From an uncultured bacterium (GTDB taxonomy: Bacteria; Krumholzibacteriota; Krumholzibacteriia; Krumholzibacteriales; Krumholzibacteriaceae): DNA of 64,000 nt. The translations under genes and the position numbers were made by a program. The notes under the pieces were generated by a model. It worked only from the letters and a program-made list of their open reading frames with translations. It made no database searches and had not been told where the DNA came from. Within the stretch, counting starts at the first letter, position 1; each line of letters opens with the position of its first letter. Where the stretch lies: positions 320,001-384,000 of the forward strand of contig CAWFAD010000007.1 of NCBI GenBank assembly GCA_963813815.1, given 5' to 3'. This document shows, piece by piece, positions 27,962-37,358 of this stretch.

Positions 27962-28561
27962 ATGAATTACGGCCTTCCGCTGCTCCAGGCCCTCATTGAC
28001 CACTTTAGGAAACTGCCTGGAGTGGGCGAAAAAACGGCGCGAAGACTGGCGTTTTCGATACTGGACATGGACGGGGAGGAGGTCCGGGAGTTTGCCGAGA
28101 CGCTCGTGCAGGTCAAAGGTCGCATCGGATTTTGCAATCGATGCGGAAACCTCGCCGAGGGGGATCTCTGCGGCATCTGCCGTGACGAGAAGCGCACCGG
28201 GGCCATCCTATGCGTCGTTGAACGGGCGGCCGACCTTTACGTTCTCGAGGCCGCGAGTCAGTATCGGGGCCGCTATCACGTTTTGCACGGGGTCCTTTCA
28301 CCCCTTGATGGAGTCGGACCGGGAGATCTGAATCTCGAATCGCTCGGGCGCCGCGTGCGGGAGGAGGGGGTCGAGGAGGTCATCGTCGCGACGAACCCGA
28401 GCATCGAAGGAGACACGACGGCTCTCTATATAGCGAGAATGCTGAAGGAAAGCGGCGTCAAGGTGACGCGGCCGGCGCGCGGGCTTCCGATGGGGAGCTC
28501 ACTGGAGTACGTCGACCGCGGGACCATCACGAAGGCCCTCGAAGGGCGCGAACCGATCTAG
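27962..28561 (+). CDS. recR: recombination mediator RecR
   Basis: LPGVGEKTARRLAF, C4 zinc finger, YHVLHGVLSPLDG, ATNPSIEGDTTA. Confidence 0.97.
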   Translation: MNYGLPLLQALIDHFRKLPGVGEKTARRLAFSILDMDGEEVREFAETLVQVKGRIGFCNRCGNLAEGDLCGICRDEKRTGAILCVVERAADLYVLEAASQYRGRYHVLHGVLSPLDGVGPGDLNLESLGRRVREEGVEEVIVATNPSIEGDTTALYIARMLKESGVKVTRPARGLPMGSSLEYVDRGTITKALEGREPI

Positions 28562-28595
28562 GAGAGACTCCGCGAATCGGAAAGCGAGACAGGCG

Positions 28596-29093
28596 ATGGT
28601 CAGAACGAACTGGAAGGTTTTCGAAGAAGATTACTGGGCGATCAACACGATCCTCCAGGAGCTTCTCAAGAACTCGAACTCGGCGAGCGTGCTCCTCCTC
28701 GACAAGACGGGCCAGCTCATCTCGAGTCTCGGCGAACCGCCGCAGTTCGATATGCACAGCTTCGCCTCGCTCTGCGCGGCCGATTTCGAGGCGAACGCGC
28801 AGCTCGCCACCCTCATCGGGGAGAAGGATTTCTCGACGCTCTACCATCAGGGGTCGAACGAGAGCATGTATCTCGCCCGCGTCGAGCAGAACATCATCCT
28901 CGTCATCCTCTTCGACCGGCGCACGACGCTCGGGCTCGTGCGGCTGCGGGCGAAGAAGGCCGTCGACAACCTCGAGACGGTTCTCAAACGCCTTTTCGGC
29001 AAGCTCGAGTACGAGAACGAGGAGCTCAGCGAGTTCAACGAGGAGTTCGTGCAACAGGCCGAGATGGAGATCGACAGCCTCTTCACCGACTGA
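28596..29093 (+). CDS. mglB: roadblock/LC7 protein MglB (GAP for MglA)
   Basis: LLDKTGQLI, LIGEKDFSTLYHQG, FDRRTTLGLVRLR, acidic C-terminal helix IDSLF; adjacent to mglA. Confidence 0.9.
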   Translation: MVRTNWKVFEEDYWAINTILQELLKNSNSASVLLLDKTGQLISSLGEPPQFDMHSFASLCAADFEANAQLATLIGEKDFSTLYHQGSNESMYLARVEQNIILVILFDRRTTLGLVRLRAKKAVDNLETVLKRLFGKLEYENEELSEFNEEFVQQAEMEIDSLFTD

Positions 29094-29105
29094 CGGGAGC
29101 CTCGG

Positions 29106-29684
29106 ATGTCGCTCATCAACTATTCGTCGCGCGAGATCAACGTCAAGGTCGTCTACTACGGGCCGGGCCTTTGCGGCAAGACGACCAACATCCAGTACAT
29201 CTACGACAAGGTTTCCCCCGAGACGAAGGGGAAGCTCATCACGCTCGCGACCGAGATGGACCGGACCCTCTTCTTCGATTTCCTTCCGCTCGAGCTCGGC
29301 AAGGTGAAGGGGTTTCGCACGCGCTTCCATCTCTACACCGTGCCCGGGCAGGTGTACTACGACGCGAGCCGCAAGCTCATTCTGCGCGGCGTCGACGGGA
29401 TCATTTTCGTCGCCGATTCGCAGCGCGCCCGCTACGACGCGAACATCGAGAGCCTCTACAACCTCCACGAGAATCTCTCGGAGTATCAGCTCAAGCTCGA
29501 CGACATTCCGTACGCGATCCAGTACAACAAGCGCGATATGCCCGACGTGATCGCGGTGAAGGATCTCGAGGAGGAGCTGAACCCGAAGCATTACCCGTCC
29601 TTCGAGGCGGTCGCCGTGAAGGGAGTCGGCGTGTTCGACACCCTCAAGGCAGTCGCAAAGTCCGTGCTGAGAAACCTCTCATAG
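29106..29684 (+). CDS. mglA: Ras-like small GTPase MglA
   Basis: INYSSREINVKVVYYGPGLCGKTTN, DRTLFFDFLP, YTVPGQVYY, QYNKRD. Confidence 0.96.
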   Translation: MSLINYSSREINVKVVYYGPGLCGKTTNIQYIYDKVSPETKGKLITLATEMDRTLFFDFLPLELGKVKGFRTRFHLYTVPGQVYYDASRKLILRGVDGIIFVADSQRARYDANIESLYNLHENLSEYQLKLDDIPYAIQYNKRDMPDVIAVKDLEEELNPKHYPSFEAVAVKGVGVFDTLKAVAKSVLRNLS

Positions 29685-29847
29685 AAAGTGCCGCAACAAG
29701 CAGCGCGCGGGTCCTGTCGCCGATTGCGCCCCGTCCGTGCTCGCTTGCGCTGCGCGCGGCCGGGGGCCCCATCGGCGCCACCCGCGCGCAATCTCCTGAC
29801 GCCATTTCGCTTGCCCCGCGAAGCCGGAGCGGCGTATCCTCTGCTCC

Positions 29848-30300
29848 GTGAAACGATTTGTCGTAACGGCGCTCGCGACGATGTTCGGGAGCGGGTTCTT
29901 TCCCGTGGCGCCGGCCACTTTCGCGAGCCTCGTTTGGCTCGCCATCTATCTCTTCATTCCCGGCGGCGGGTGGCTTGCGCACCCCGCCGTCGCCGCGTGC
30001 GCCGCGGCGGTCGCCGTCTGGATGGCGAACGAAGCGGAGAAGCTCCACGGGCACGACGCCCATTGCATCGTCATCGACGAGTTCGTCGGCATGCAGGTGA
30101 CGTTCATCGGCATGGCGCCGGCGCTTATCCCGGGCATCGTAGGATTCGCGCTCTTCAGGATCTTCGATATCGCGAAGCCGTTTCCCGCCGGCCGTTCGCA
30201 ACGCCTCCCCGGGGGTATCGGGGTGGTCGTGGACGACGTCATCGCGGGCGTCTACGGGAGGCTCGCGCTGCTGGCTCTCTTCATCGTGTTCAAATGGTGA
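29848..30300 (+). CDS. pgpA: phosphatidylglycerophosphatase A
   Basis: IVIDEFVG, LFRIFDIAKPFP, GGIGVVVDDVIAG. Confidence 0.92.
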   Translation: MKRFVVTALATMFGSGFFPVAPATFASLVWLAIYLFIPGGGWLAHPAVAACAAAVAVWMANEAEKLHGHDAHCIVIDEFVGMQVTFIGMAPALIPGIVGFALFRIFDIAKPFPAGRSQRLPGGIGVVVDDVIAGVYGRLALLALFIVFKW

Positions 30301-31541
30301 CGAAACGCATCGAGATCATCGCGATCGGCGACGAGGTGCTCCGCGGGGAGACCCGGGGGAACAACGCCGCTTGGATCGGGCGCTCCCTCGCGAGGGCGGG
30401 GCTCGAGACGCTGCGCTGGACGGCGCTCCCGGACGATCCCAGCGCGCTCGAGGCGGAGTTCCGCGCGGCGGCGGCGCGGAGCGACGCCGTCATCGCCACG
30501 GGCGGGCTCGGCCCCACCGTCGACGACGTCACGAAGGAAGCGCTGATTCGGGCGTTCGGTCTCGACACCGTGTACCGCGCTGATATCGTCCGCGGCGTCG
30601 AGGCGCGCCTCGCGGAGCGCGGGCGGCCGATGCCCGCGGGATACCGCGATCAGGGCCGCGTTCCCTCGTGCGCGGAGATACTCGAGAACGCCGTGGGGCT
30701 CGCCGTCGGGCTTCGCGTGCCCGTCGGCGGTTGCGAGTTCTTTCTCCTGCCCGGCGTGCCCGCCGAGATGGAGCGGATGTTTTCGACCTCCGTGCTCCCC
30801 GTGCTCGGGGCGCCCGGAGAGGATTTCGCCGTGAGGTTCCGGACGTTCGGGCTCACCGAGAGCGAAGCGGAGGACCTGCTCCGCACGGCGGTTCCGGAGG
30901 CGATCGTGCGCGGCGTTTCGATCATTTCGTCCGCGAAGGGGGTCGATCTCTACTTCGCGCGCGGCGGCGATGCCGCTCACGCGGTCGCGGCCGGGCGCGT
31001 CCTCGGGAGCCGCGTTTACGAAATCGGCGACCGTTCCCTCGAGGAGGTCGTCGTGGGGCTCCTTCTCGACGCGGGAAAAACCGTCGCGACCGCCGAATCG
31101 CTCACGGGCGGGTTCCTCGCCTCCGCGATCGTGTCGGTCGGGGGGGCGAGCGGCGCCTTTCGAGAGGGGATCGTCGCCTACGGAAACGAGTCGAAGATCG
31201 AACGTCTCGGCGTCGCGCGGGGGACGATCGAGAGCCACGGCGCCGTGAGCCTCGAAACGTGCGTCGCGATGGCCCGAGGCGAGCGGTCGCGGGCGGGCGT
31301 CGATTTCGCGCTCGCCACGACCGGGATCGCCGGGCCCACGGGAGCCGTGCCGGGAAAGCCCGTCGGCCTCTGCTACGTCGGCTGCGCGGCGCCCGGAGGG
31401 ACGTTCGCGCGGAAATTCCAGTTTCCCGGGGATCGCGAAACGATCCGTTCGCTGGCGGCGTACCATGCGCTCGACCTGCTGCGCCTCTCGCTCATCGGCG
31501 CCGAGGACGCTCTTGCGCCGTTCACCGTCGGAGGAGCATAA
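30294..31541 (+). CDS. cinA: competence/damage-inducible protein CinA (MoCF domain + NMN deamidase)
   Basis: IAIGDEVLRG, TGGLGPTVDDVT, LPGVPAEM, TAESLTGG, TTGIAGPTG. Confidence 0.93.
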   Translation: MVTKRIEIIAIGDEVLRGETRGNNAAWIGRSLARAGLETLRWTALPDDPSALEAEFRAAAARSDAVIATGGLGPTVDDVTKEALIRAFGLDTVYRADIVRGVEARLAERGRPMPAGYRDQGRVPSCAEILENAVGLAVGLRVPVGGCEFFLLPGVPAEMERMFSTSVLPVLGAPGEDFAVRFRTFGLTESEAEDLLRTAVPEAIVRGVSIISSAKGVDLYFARGGDAAHAVAAGRVLGSRVYEIGDRSLEEVVVGLLLDAGKTVATAESLTGGFLASAIVSVGGASGAFREGIVAYGNESKIERLGVARGTIESHGAVSLETCVAMARGERSRAGVDFALATTGIAGPTGAVPGKPVGLCYVGCAAPGGTFARKFQFPGDRETIRSLAAYHALDLLRLSLIGAEDALAPFTVGGA

Positions 31542-31583
31542 TACCGGTCTGGGGTCCATGCTCCGACACAGGAGGTGTCCGGA

Positions 31584-32309
31584 TTGAAAGCGTTCGTCGT
31601 GAACGGAAGCCCGCACGCGGAGAAGGGAAACACGTCGCTCATCCTCGATCCCTTCGTCGAGGGGATGAAGGCCGGCGGCGCCGAGGTGGACGTGTTCTAC
31701 ACGAAGAAGCTCGCCGTCGCGCCGTGCGAGGGAGAGTACGCATGCTGGTTCAAAACGCCGGGTGCCTGCTTCCGGCATGACGACATGGAGGGGCTGCTGC
31801 CGCTCGTTTCCCGGGCGGAGATATTCGTGCTCGCGACGCCCGTCTACGTCGACGGCGCGACGGGGCCGCTCAAGAGCTTCATGGACCGGCTCATTCCGAT
31901 CGGCCATCCGGCGATCGAGCTCCGCGACGGCCATTGCCGGCATCCGCAGCGCACGCGGCTCGACGGGGGCGTGCTCGTCCTCGTGTCGAATTGCGGTTTC
32001 TGGGAGCTCGACAACTTCGATCCGCTCGTCGCGCACGCGAAGGCCGTCGCGAGAAACCTCGGGCGAGAATACGCCGGCGCGCTGCTGCGCCCCCACGGCG
32101 GGGCTCTCCGGCCGATGATCGAGAAAGGGATGGCGCTCGGGGACGTTCTCGACGCGGCGAGGGAGGCGGGACGGGAGATCGTCCGCGACGGCCGGATCTC
32201 CGAGCGATCGATGGGAGTCGTGAGCCGTGCGCTCCTCCCGCGCGAGACGTTCATCGAAATCGCGAACACGAGAATGAAGCAGGCGCTCGACAGGCTCGAG
32301 CCGAGGTAG
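31584..32309 (+). CDS. flavodoxin-family (iron-sulfur flavoprotein-like) NAD(P)H-dependent FMN protein
   Basis: VNGSP..KGNT, PCEGEYACWFKTPGAC..HDDM, ATPVY..LKSFMDR; TTG start fits the GGAGGT RBS. Confidence 0.85.
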   Translation: MKAFVVNGSPHAEKGNTSLILDPFVEGMKAGGAEVDVFYTKKLAVAPCEGEYACWFKTPGACFRHDDMEGLLPLVSRAEIFVLATPVYVDGATGPLKSFMDRLIPIGHPAIELRDGHCRHPQRTRLDGGVLVLVSNCGFWELDNFDPLVAHAKAVARNLGREYAGALLRPHGGALRPMIEKGMALGDVLDAAREAGREIVRDGRISERSMGVVSRALLPRETFIEIANTRMKQALDRLEPR

Positions 32310-32354
32310 CGTCGCCGGGGCGCGCCGTGCGGCGCGGGCTCCGGGAGGGGCGGG

Positions 32355-32912
32355 ATGAGGCTCTTCTACGCGGTGAAGGTATCGGAGACGATCGAGACGG
32401 AGATCGCCGGGGCGATCCGGACGTTCCCCGTGCGCAACCCGCCGTGGCGCTGGATACCTCCCGAGAACATGCACCTCACGCTCAAGTTTCTCGGCGAGGT
32501 CGACGAAGGGATGCTCGATACCCTCCGGGAAGCGGGGGCGGAGGCCGCCGCGGCGGCGAAACCGTTTCGCGTCGTCTACGGTCCCTTCGGGGCGTTTCCG
32601 AGCCTCGCGAGACCGCGCGTTCTTTTCTTCCAGGCGATCGAGGGCGCCGAGGGGCTCGCCGCGCTCGCGAGGGCGCTCGAGGAAGGGGCGGAGCGCCTCG
32701 GAATCCCGCGCGAGGAGCGTCCCTTCAGGGCGCACATCACGCTGGCGCGGATCAAGGAGCCCCTGCCGGGGGCCGTGACGGAGAAGCTCGGAGCGGTGCC
32801 GGCGCTATCCCCGGCCGCGGAGCAGACCGTCGACCGGTTCGCCCTCATGCGGAGCCATCTCGCCCGCTCGGGAGCGACGTACGAGGAGGTCGCGGGCTTT
32901 TCGCTCGCGTGA
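32355..32912 (+). CDS. thpR: RNA 2',3'-cyclic phosphodiesterase (2H family)
   Basis: MRLFYA, HLTLKFLGEV and FRAHITLAR 2H motifs. Confidence 0.93.
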   Translation: MRLFYAVKVSETIETEIAGAIRTFPVRNPPWRWIPPENMHLTLKFLGEVDEGMLDTLREAGAEAAAAAKPFRVVYGPFGAFPSLARPRVLFFQAIEGAEGLAALARALEEGAERLGIPREERPFRAHITLARIKEPLPGAVTEKLGAVPALSPAAEQTVDRFALMRSHLARSGATYEEVAGFSLA

Positions 32913-32919
32913 CGCGATC

Positions 32920-33816
32920 ATGAAGGAAACGGGATTCGTGAGAACCGCGGCCCGCGCCGGGAGAGAGCTCGTCGCGCTCTTCTCCACCGCAGGAAAACGC
33001 TGGGCCGGCGACAACATGCCCTCGATGTCCGCCTCGCTCGCGTTTCACGCCCTCCTCTCGATGGCGCCGCTCCTCCTCGTGTTCGTCGCCGTGTTCAGGC
33101 TCGTTCTCAGCAACGACGCGGTCGAGACTCAGATCCTCGCGCAGGTCGGCACGTCGCTCGGCCCCGAGGCGGCCGAGGGCGTCAGAATCGTTCTTCAGAA
33201 CGCCGTGAAAGAGCGCTCGAACGCGATCTTCATCGGCGGCGGCACGATCGTGATGCTGCTCGTGTTTTCGGCGGGTTTTTTCCGTCAGCTCATTCACGCG
33301 CTCAACGTCGTCTGGCGGGTGCACGAGGAGAAAACGGGGCTTGCGAGCGTCATCATCAGGCTCGCGAGGGGGCACTTCCTCGCCTTCGCCATGGTGATCT
33401 GCCTCGGTTTCTACCTCTACGCCTCGATGCTCATCAAAGCGGTCGCGATCATACCCGAGCAGGCGCTCATCGGCGCGTTTCCGTCCGCGGCGGGGTTCAT
33501 CACGCAGCTTCCCCGGTACCTGGCCCCGGCGATACTCTTCGTCCTCCTCATGCTCGTGTTCATGATCCTGCCCGCCCGGCGTATCTCGTTGCGCGACGTA
33601 TGGACGGGCTCGCTGCTCACGACGGTACTTTTCGTCGCCTGCTACCGGCTCATCCAACTCTACCTGCAGAGGAACGCCGTCACCTCGTACTACGGCGCGG
33701 CGGGTTCCTTCATCGTCATCCTGCTCTGGATCTACTGGTCCGCGATGATCTTTCTCTTCGGGGCGGAGTTCGCCAAGGCGTACGCAGAACGGTACGGCAC
33801 GCTCCGGCGCGGGTGA
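32920..33816 (+). CDS. YihY/virulence factor BrkB family membrane protein
   Basis: ASLAFHALLSMAPLL, ALNVVW, YGAAGSFIVILLWIY..FGAEF. Confidence 0.9.
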   Translation: MKETGFVRTAARAGRELVALFSTAGKRWAGDNMPSMSASLAFHALLSMAPLLLVFVAVFRLVLSNDAVETQILAQVGTSLGPEAAEGVRIVLQNAVKERSNAIFIGGGTIVMLLVFSAGFFRQLIHALNVVWRVHEEKTGLASVIIRLARGHFLAFAMVICLGFYLYASMLIKAVAIIPEQALIGAFPSAAGFITQLPRYLAPAILFVLLMLVFMILPARRISLRDVWTGSLLTTVLFVACYRLIQLYLQRNAVTSYYGAAGSFIVILLWIYWSAMIFLFGAEFAKAYAERYGTLRRG

Positions 33817-33853
33817 GTTCGTACCGGTGCGAGCGCACCAGGAAGGAGATACC

Positions 33854-35356
33854 ATGTCGGTGAAAGCTCGGCGAATCTTGCTTCCGGCGGTGGCGCTGGT
33901 TCTGGCGCTCTTCTCCGCCGGCGTCCACGCCACGAACGGCATGAACCTCGAGGGGTACGGACCGGTTTCGGCCGGGATGGGCGGGGTTTCCCTCGCCTTT
34001 TGGAACGGCACCGCCGCCCTCATGGGCAACCCCGCGACGCTCGGTCTCATGTCCCCCGGAATGCGCCTCGAGCTCGCCCTCGGCAACCTCGGCCCCGACG
34101 TCGAGGCGATCGTCATGAATCCTCCTCCCGGGGGCCCCGTGAGCGCGGCGTCCCTGAGCGGCGCCTTCTACATGCCGGCGATCGGATTCGCCGCGAAGCG
34201 GAGCTCGTTCGCCTTCGGGCTCGGCGTGTTCAGCCAGGGCGGAATGGGAACCGAGTACGGGAGCGACTCATGGCTCTCCGATCCGAGCATGGGCGATAAC
34301 ACGGCGCTCGAACACGGTCTCGTCAACCGCTCCGAGGTCGGGGTCGGACGCGTCATGGCGCCCTTCGCCTACGACGTCAACGACCGTCTCATCCTCGGCG
34401 GCACCGTCGATTTCGTCTGGGCGGGCATCGATCTCCAGATGGCGATGTGCGAGGCGCGGTTCCAGAACCTCGCGAACCCCGACGCGCAGACGATCGGCGA
34501 GGCGTCGGGCACGCTCGTGAACGCCTTCGGGCAGCTCTACGAGCCGTTCGGCGGCACGGGCATCAGCAGGCTGTATCATGCCTATTTCGATTTCACCGAC
34601 GGGAGCGACTTCACCGGGGAGGCGAAGGGGTACGGCGTGGCCGGAAAGGTGGGCGCGCTCTACCGGGTGAACGACCGGCTCTCGATCGGAGCCACGTATC
34701 ACACCCCGACGAGCATCGGCGACATCGAAACGGAGAACGCCCGTCTCGAGATGGGCGTCAACGTCGACCCCGGCGTGTTCACCGGCTCTCCGACGGGGAG
34801 CTACGTCGATATGAACATTCCGGTGACCGGCACGCTCGCCGTCAAGGATTTTCAGTGGCCGGCTCTCCTCGGCGCGGGCGCGGCCTGGGTGCCCGTCGAA
34901 GGGATCATGCTCGCACTCGACGTCAAGTACGTCTTCTGGTCGAACGCCATGGAACGGTTCGAAATGTCCTTCACGGCGGATGAGAGCGCCGAGAACGGCG
35001 CGTTCGCCGGGCTCGTCATGGATGCCGCTCTCTTCCAGAAATGGGAGAATCAGACCGTCGTCGCCCTCGGCGGCTCGTACATGCCGACCGAGGATCTCAC
35101 GCTCCGCGCCGGTTACAACTACGGCAAGAATCCGGTTCCCGACGGATACCTGAACGCCCTCTTTCCCGCGATCGTCGAGAGCCACGTGGCGGGCGGTGCC
35201 GGATACCGCATCAGCGAATCGATCACGGGCGACGTTTCCATCGTCTATGCGCTCGAGAAGAGCGCGACGAATCCGGGCGAGCTCTCGGGGGGTTCGCCGG
35301 TGGAGTCGACCCACGGCCAGCTCAACTGGCAAGCGATGCTGAGCTACCGGTTCTAG
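33854..35356 (+). CDS. FadL/TodX-family outer-membrane channel
   Basis: signal peptide, TNGMNLEGYGP..GMGG..NPA hatch motif, LRAGYNYGKNP, terminal YRF. Confidence 0.88.
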   Translation: MSVKARRILLPAVALVLALFSAGVHATNGMNLEGYGPVSAGMGGVSLAFWNGTAALMGNPATLGLMSPGMRLELALGNLGPDVEAIVMNPPPGGPVSAASLSGAFYMPAIGFAAKRSSFAFGLGVFSQGGMGTEYGSDSWLSDPSMGDNTALEHGLVNRSEVGVGRVMAPFAYDVNDRLILGGTVDFVWAGIDLQMAMCEARFQNLANPDAQTIGEASGTLVNAFGQLYEPFGGTGISRLYHAYFDFTDGSDFTGEAKGYGVAGKVGALYRVNDRLSIGATYHTPTSIGDIETENARLEMGVNVDPGVFTGSPTGSYVDMNIPVTGTLAVKDFQWPALLGAGAAWVPVEGIMLALDVKYVFWSNAMERFEMSFTADESAENGAFAGLVMDAALFQKWENQTVVALGGSYMPTEDLTLRAGYNYGKNPVPDGYLNALFPAIVESHVAGGAGYRISESITGDVSIVYALEKSATNPGELSGGSPVESTHGQLNWQAMLSYRF

Positions 35357-35467
35357 GTCCCGCGAGCCGACCGGGGAGGAATGCGGATCGCGCGCCCGCC
35401 GCGCGGTCCGCATTTTCATTCCGGCGCCGCGGTGGCGAACGGGAGCCGCCCTTCGGGGCGAATTTCG

Positions 35468-35496
35468 TTGAAACACGCTCTTCGAGGTGCTATAAA
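35468..35496 (+). promoter_or_regulatory. putative sigma70 promoter of recA
   Basis: TTGAAA-17 nt-TATAAA with TG extended -10. Confidence 0.55.
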
Positions 35497-35611
35497 GGGG
35501 CGCCGGCCGCGGCGCGCGGCGGGGGTGCGGGAGGTGATGTCACGCGCGGCCCGTGAAGTAAATCGGGATGTTCGCGGGGTGCTCGGGCGGGGTGTTTCGG
35601 GAGGACGAGAG

Positions 35612-36706
35612 ATGAAAGAGACGAAGGATATGAAAGAATCGAAGGATACCAAGAAAGCGGCGGCGAAGGCGGCCGGAACCGCGGCGGAAAAGGAAAAGGC
35701 GATCGAGCTCGCCATGAGCCAGATCGAGAAGCAGTTCGGCAAGGGGGCCATCATGCGGCTCGGGAGCGACGGGGTCATCGTGCCCGTCGAAGCCATCCCG
35801 ACGGGAAGCCTCAGTCTCGACGTCGCCCTCGGCATCGGCGGCGTGCCCCGCGGGCGCATCATCGAGATATTCGGCCCCGAGGGGAGCGGCAAGACGACCC
35901 TCACCTGCTCGATCGTGGCGCAGGCCCAGCGGCTCGGCGGCATCGCCGCCTTCATCGACGCGGAGCACGCCCTCGACATGGGGTACGCGCGGAAGATCGG
36001 CGTCGACGTCGACAACCTGCTCATCTCGCAGCCCGATACGGGCGAGCAGGCGCTCGATATCGCCGAAGTCCTCATCCGGAGCGGGGCCATCGACATCGTC
36101 GTCGTCGATTCGGTTGCGGCCCTCGTGCCGGCCGCCGAGATTGAAGGCGAGATGGGAGAGTCGCACGTCGGGCTCCAGGCCCGTCTCATGTCGCAGGCGC
36201 TCCGCAAGCTCGCCGGCGCCGTTTCGAAGTCGAAGACGTGCCTCATCTTTACAAACCAGATCCGCATGAAGATCGGGGTTCTCTACGGAAATCCAGAGAC
36301 GACGAGCGGCGGGAACGCGCTCAAGTTCTACGCCACCGTGCGCCTCGACGTCCGGCGGATCGGGCAGATCAACGACGGCGAGCACGTGGTCGGCAATCAG
36401 ATTCGAGTGAAGGTCGTCAAGAACAAGGTGGCGCCCCCCTTCCGCCAGGCCGAGTTCGACCTTCTCTTCAACGAGGGAATCAGCTTCGAGGGAGATCTCC
36501 TCGAGCTCGGCGTCGTCTCCAACATCGTTTCCAAGGTGGGCTCCTGGTACTCCTTCGGCGAGGAGCGCATCGGGCAGGGCAAGGACAACGCGCGGATGTT
36601 CCTCCGTGACAACAAGGACGTCCGTCGCACGATAGAGCAGAGCGTCCGCACGCATTACGGAATCCCGCTGCCGCGTCCGGCGTTGAAGAGCGACGGTGGA
36701 AAGTAA
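35612..36706 (+). CDS. recA: recombinase RecA
   Basis: [55 protein letters not shown]. Confidence 0.98.
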   Translation: MKETKDMKESKDTKKAAAKAAGTAAEKEKAIELAMSQIEKQFGKGAIMRLGSDGVIVPVEAIPTGSLSLDVALGIGGVPRGRIIEIFGPEGSGKTTLTCSIVAQAQRLGGIAAFIDAEHALDMGYARKIGVDVDNLLISQPDTGEQALDIAEVLIRSGAIDIVVVDSVAALVPAAEIEGEMGESHVGLQARLMSQALRKLAGAVSKSKTCLIFTNQIRMKIGVLYGNPETTSGGNALKFYATVRLDVRRIGQINDGEHVVGNQIRVKVVKNKVAPPFRQAEFDLLFNEGISFEGDLLELGVVSNIVSKVGSWYSFGEERIGQGKDNARMFLRDNKDVRRTIEQSVRTHYGIPLPRPALKSDGGK

Positions 36707-37358
36707 TCGCGCAGCGGAGGAAAGGGTAACGTCGGTCCGCCGCCGCTGGGGGAAGCTCTACGCCGTGACGACGTCGTCGGGCGGGCGGTTTCTCGTGCTG
36801 CGGGACGAATCGACCGGGCGGTTTCTCGAGGAAGGCGCTCCGCTCGCGAGCGGGGATCGCGACCTTCTCGCGGGGACCGTCGCGCGGGCCGCGGGGATCG
36901 CGCTCGCGTACCGGCTGCTCGCCGGGCGCGACCGCACCGAGCGCGAGATTCGCGCCGCTCTCGCGCGGGAGGGCGTTTCGGCGCCGATGGTGGCGGAGGA
37001 CATCGTCTCCGCCCTCCGGCGCCAAGGGTATCTTGACGATCGCCGCCTCGCTTCCCATTATGTACGGTACGCGGCGGCGCATCGACCCTCGGGTCCGCAC
37101 CTCCTGCGGCGCAAGCTCCGCGAGGCGGGGGTCGGCGACGACATCATCGAGGAAGAGCTGCGGGAAGCGCTCCCGCCCGAGCGAGAGCGGGAGATCGCCG
37201 TCGCGCTCGCGCGCCGCAAGCTCCGCGGCGCGAAGGACCGCGAACAGGCCGTGCGCCGCGTTCACGGATTTCTCGCGCGGCGCGGATTCAACGAGCGGGT
37301 GGTGAGCTCCATTTGCGCCGCGATCCTGAGGGGCGCGTTGCCGGGAGAGGACGAATGA
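36696..37358 (+). CDS. recX: regulatory protein RecX
   Basis: [30 protein letters not shown]; overlaps the recA end. Confidence 0.88.
   Translation: MESNRAAEERVTSVRRRWGKLYAVTTSSGGRFLVLRDESTGRFLEEGAPLASGDRDLLAGTVARAAGIALAYRLLAGRDRTEREIRAALAREGVSAPMVAEDIVSALRRQGYLDDRRLASHYVRYAAAHRPSGPHLLRRKLREAGVGDDIIEEELREALPPEREREIAVALARRKLRGAKDREQAVRRVHGFLARRGFNERVVSSICAAILRGALPGEDE

Noticed and set aside
35380..35611. LexA/SOS box upstream of recA
   Set aside because: No convincing CTGT-N8-ACAG or GAAC-N4-GTTC palindrome found
35612..35700. Short imperfect repeat in the RecA N-terminal extension ([12 protein letters not shown])
   Set aside because: Only two degenerate copies in a low-complexity tail; also makes the start codon ambiguous
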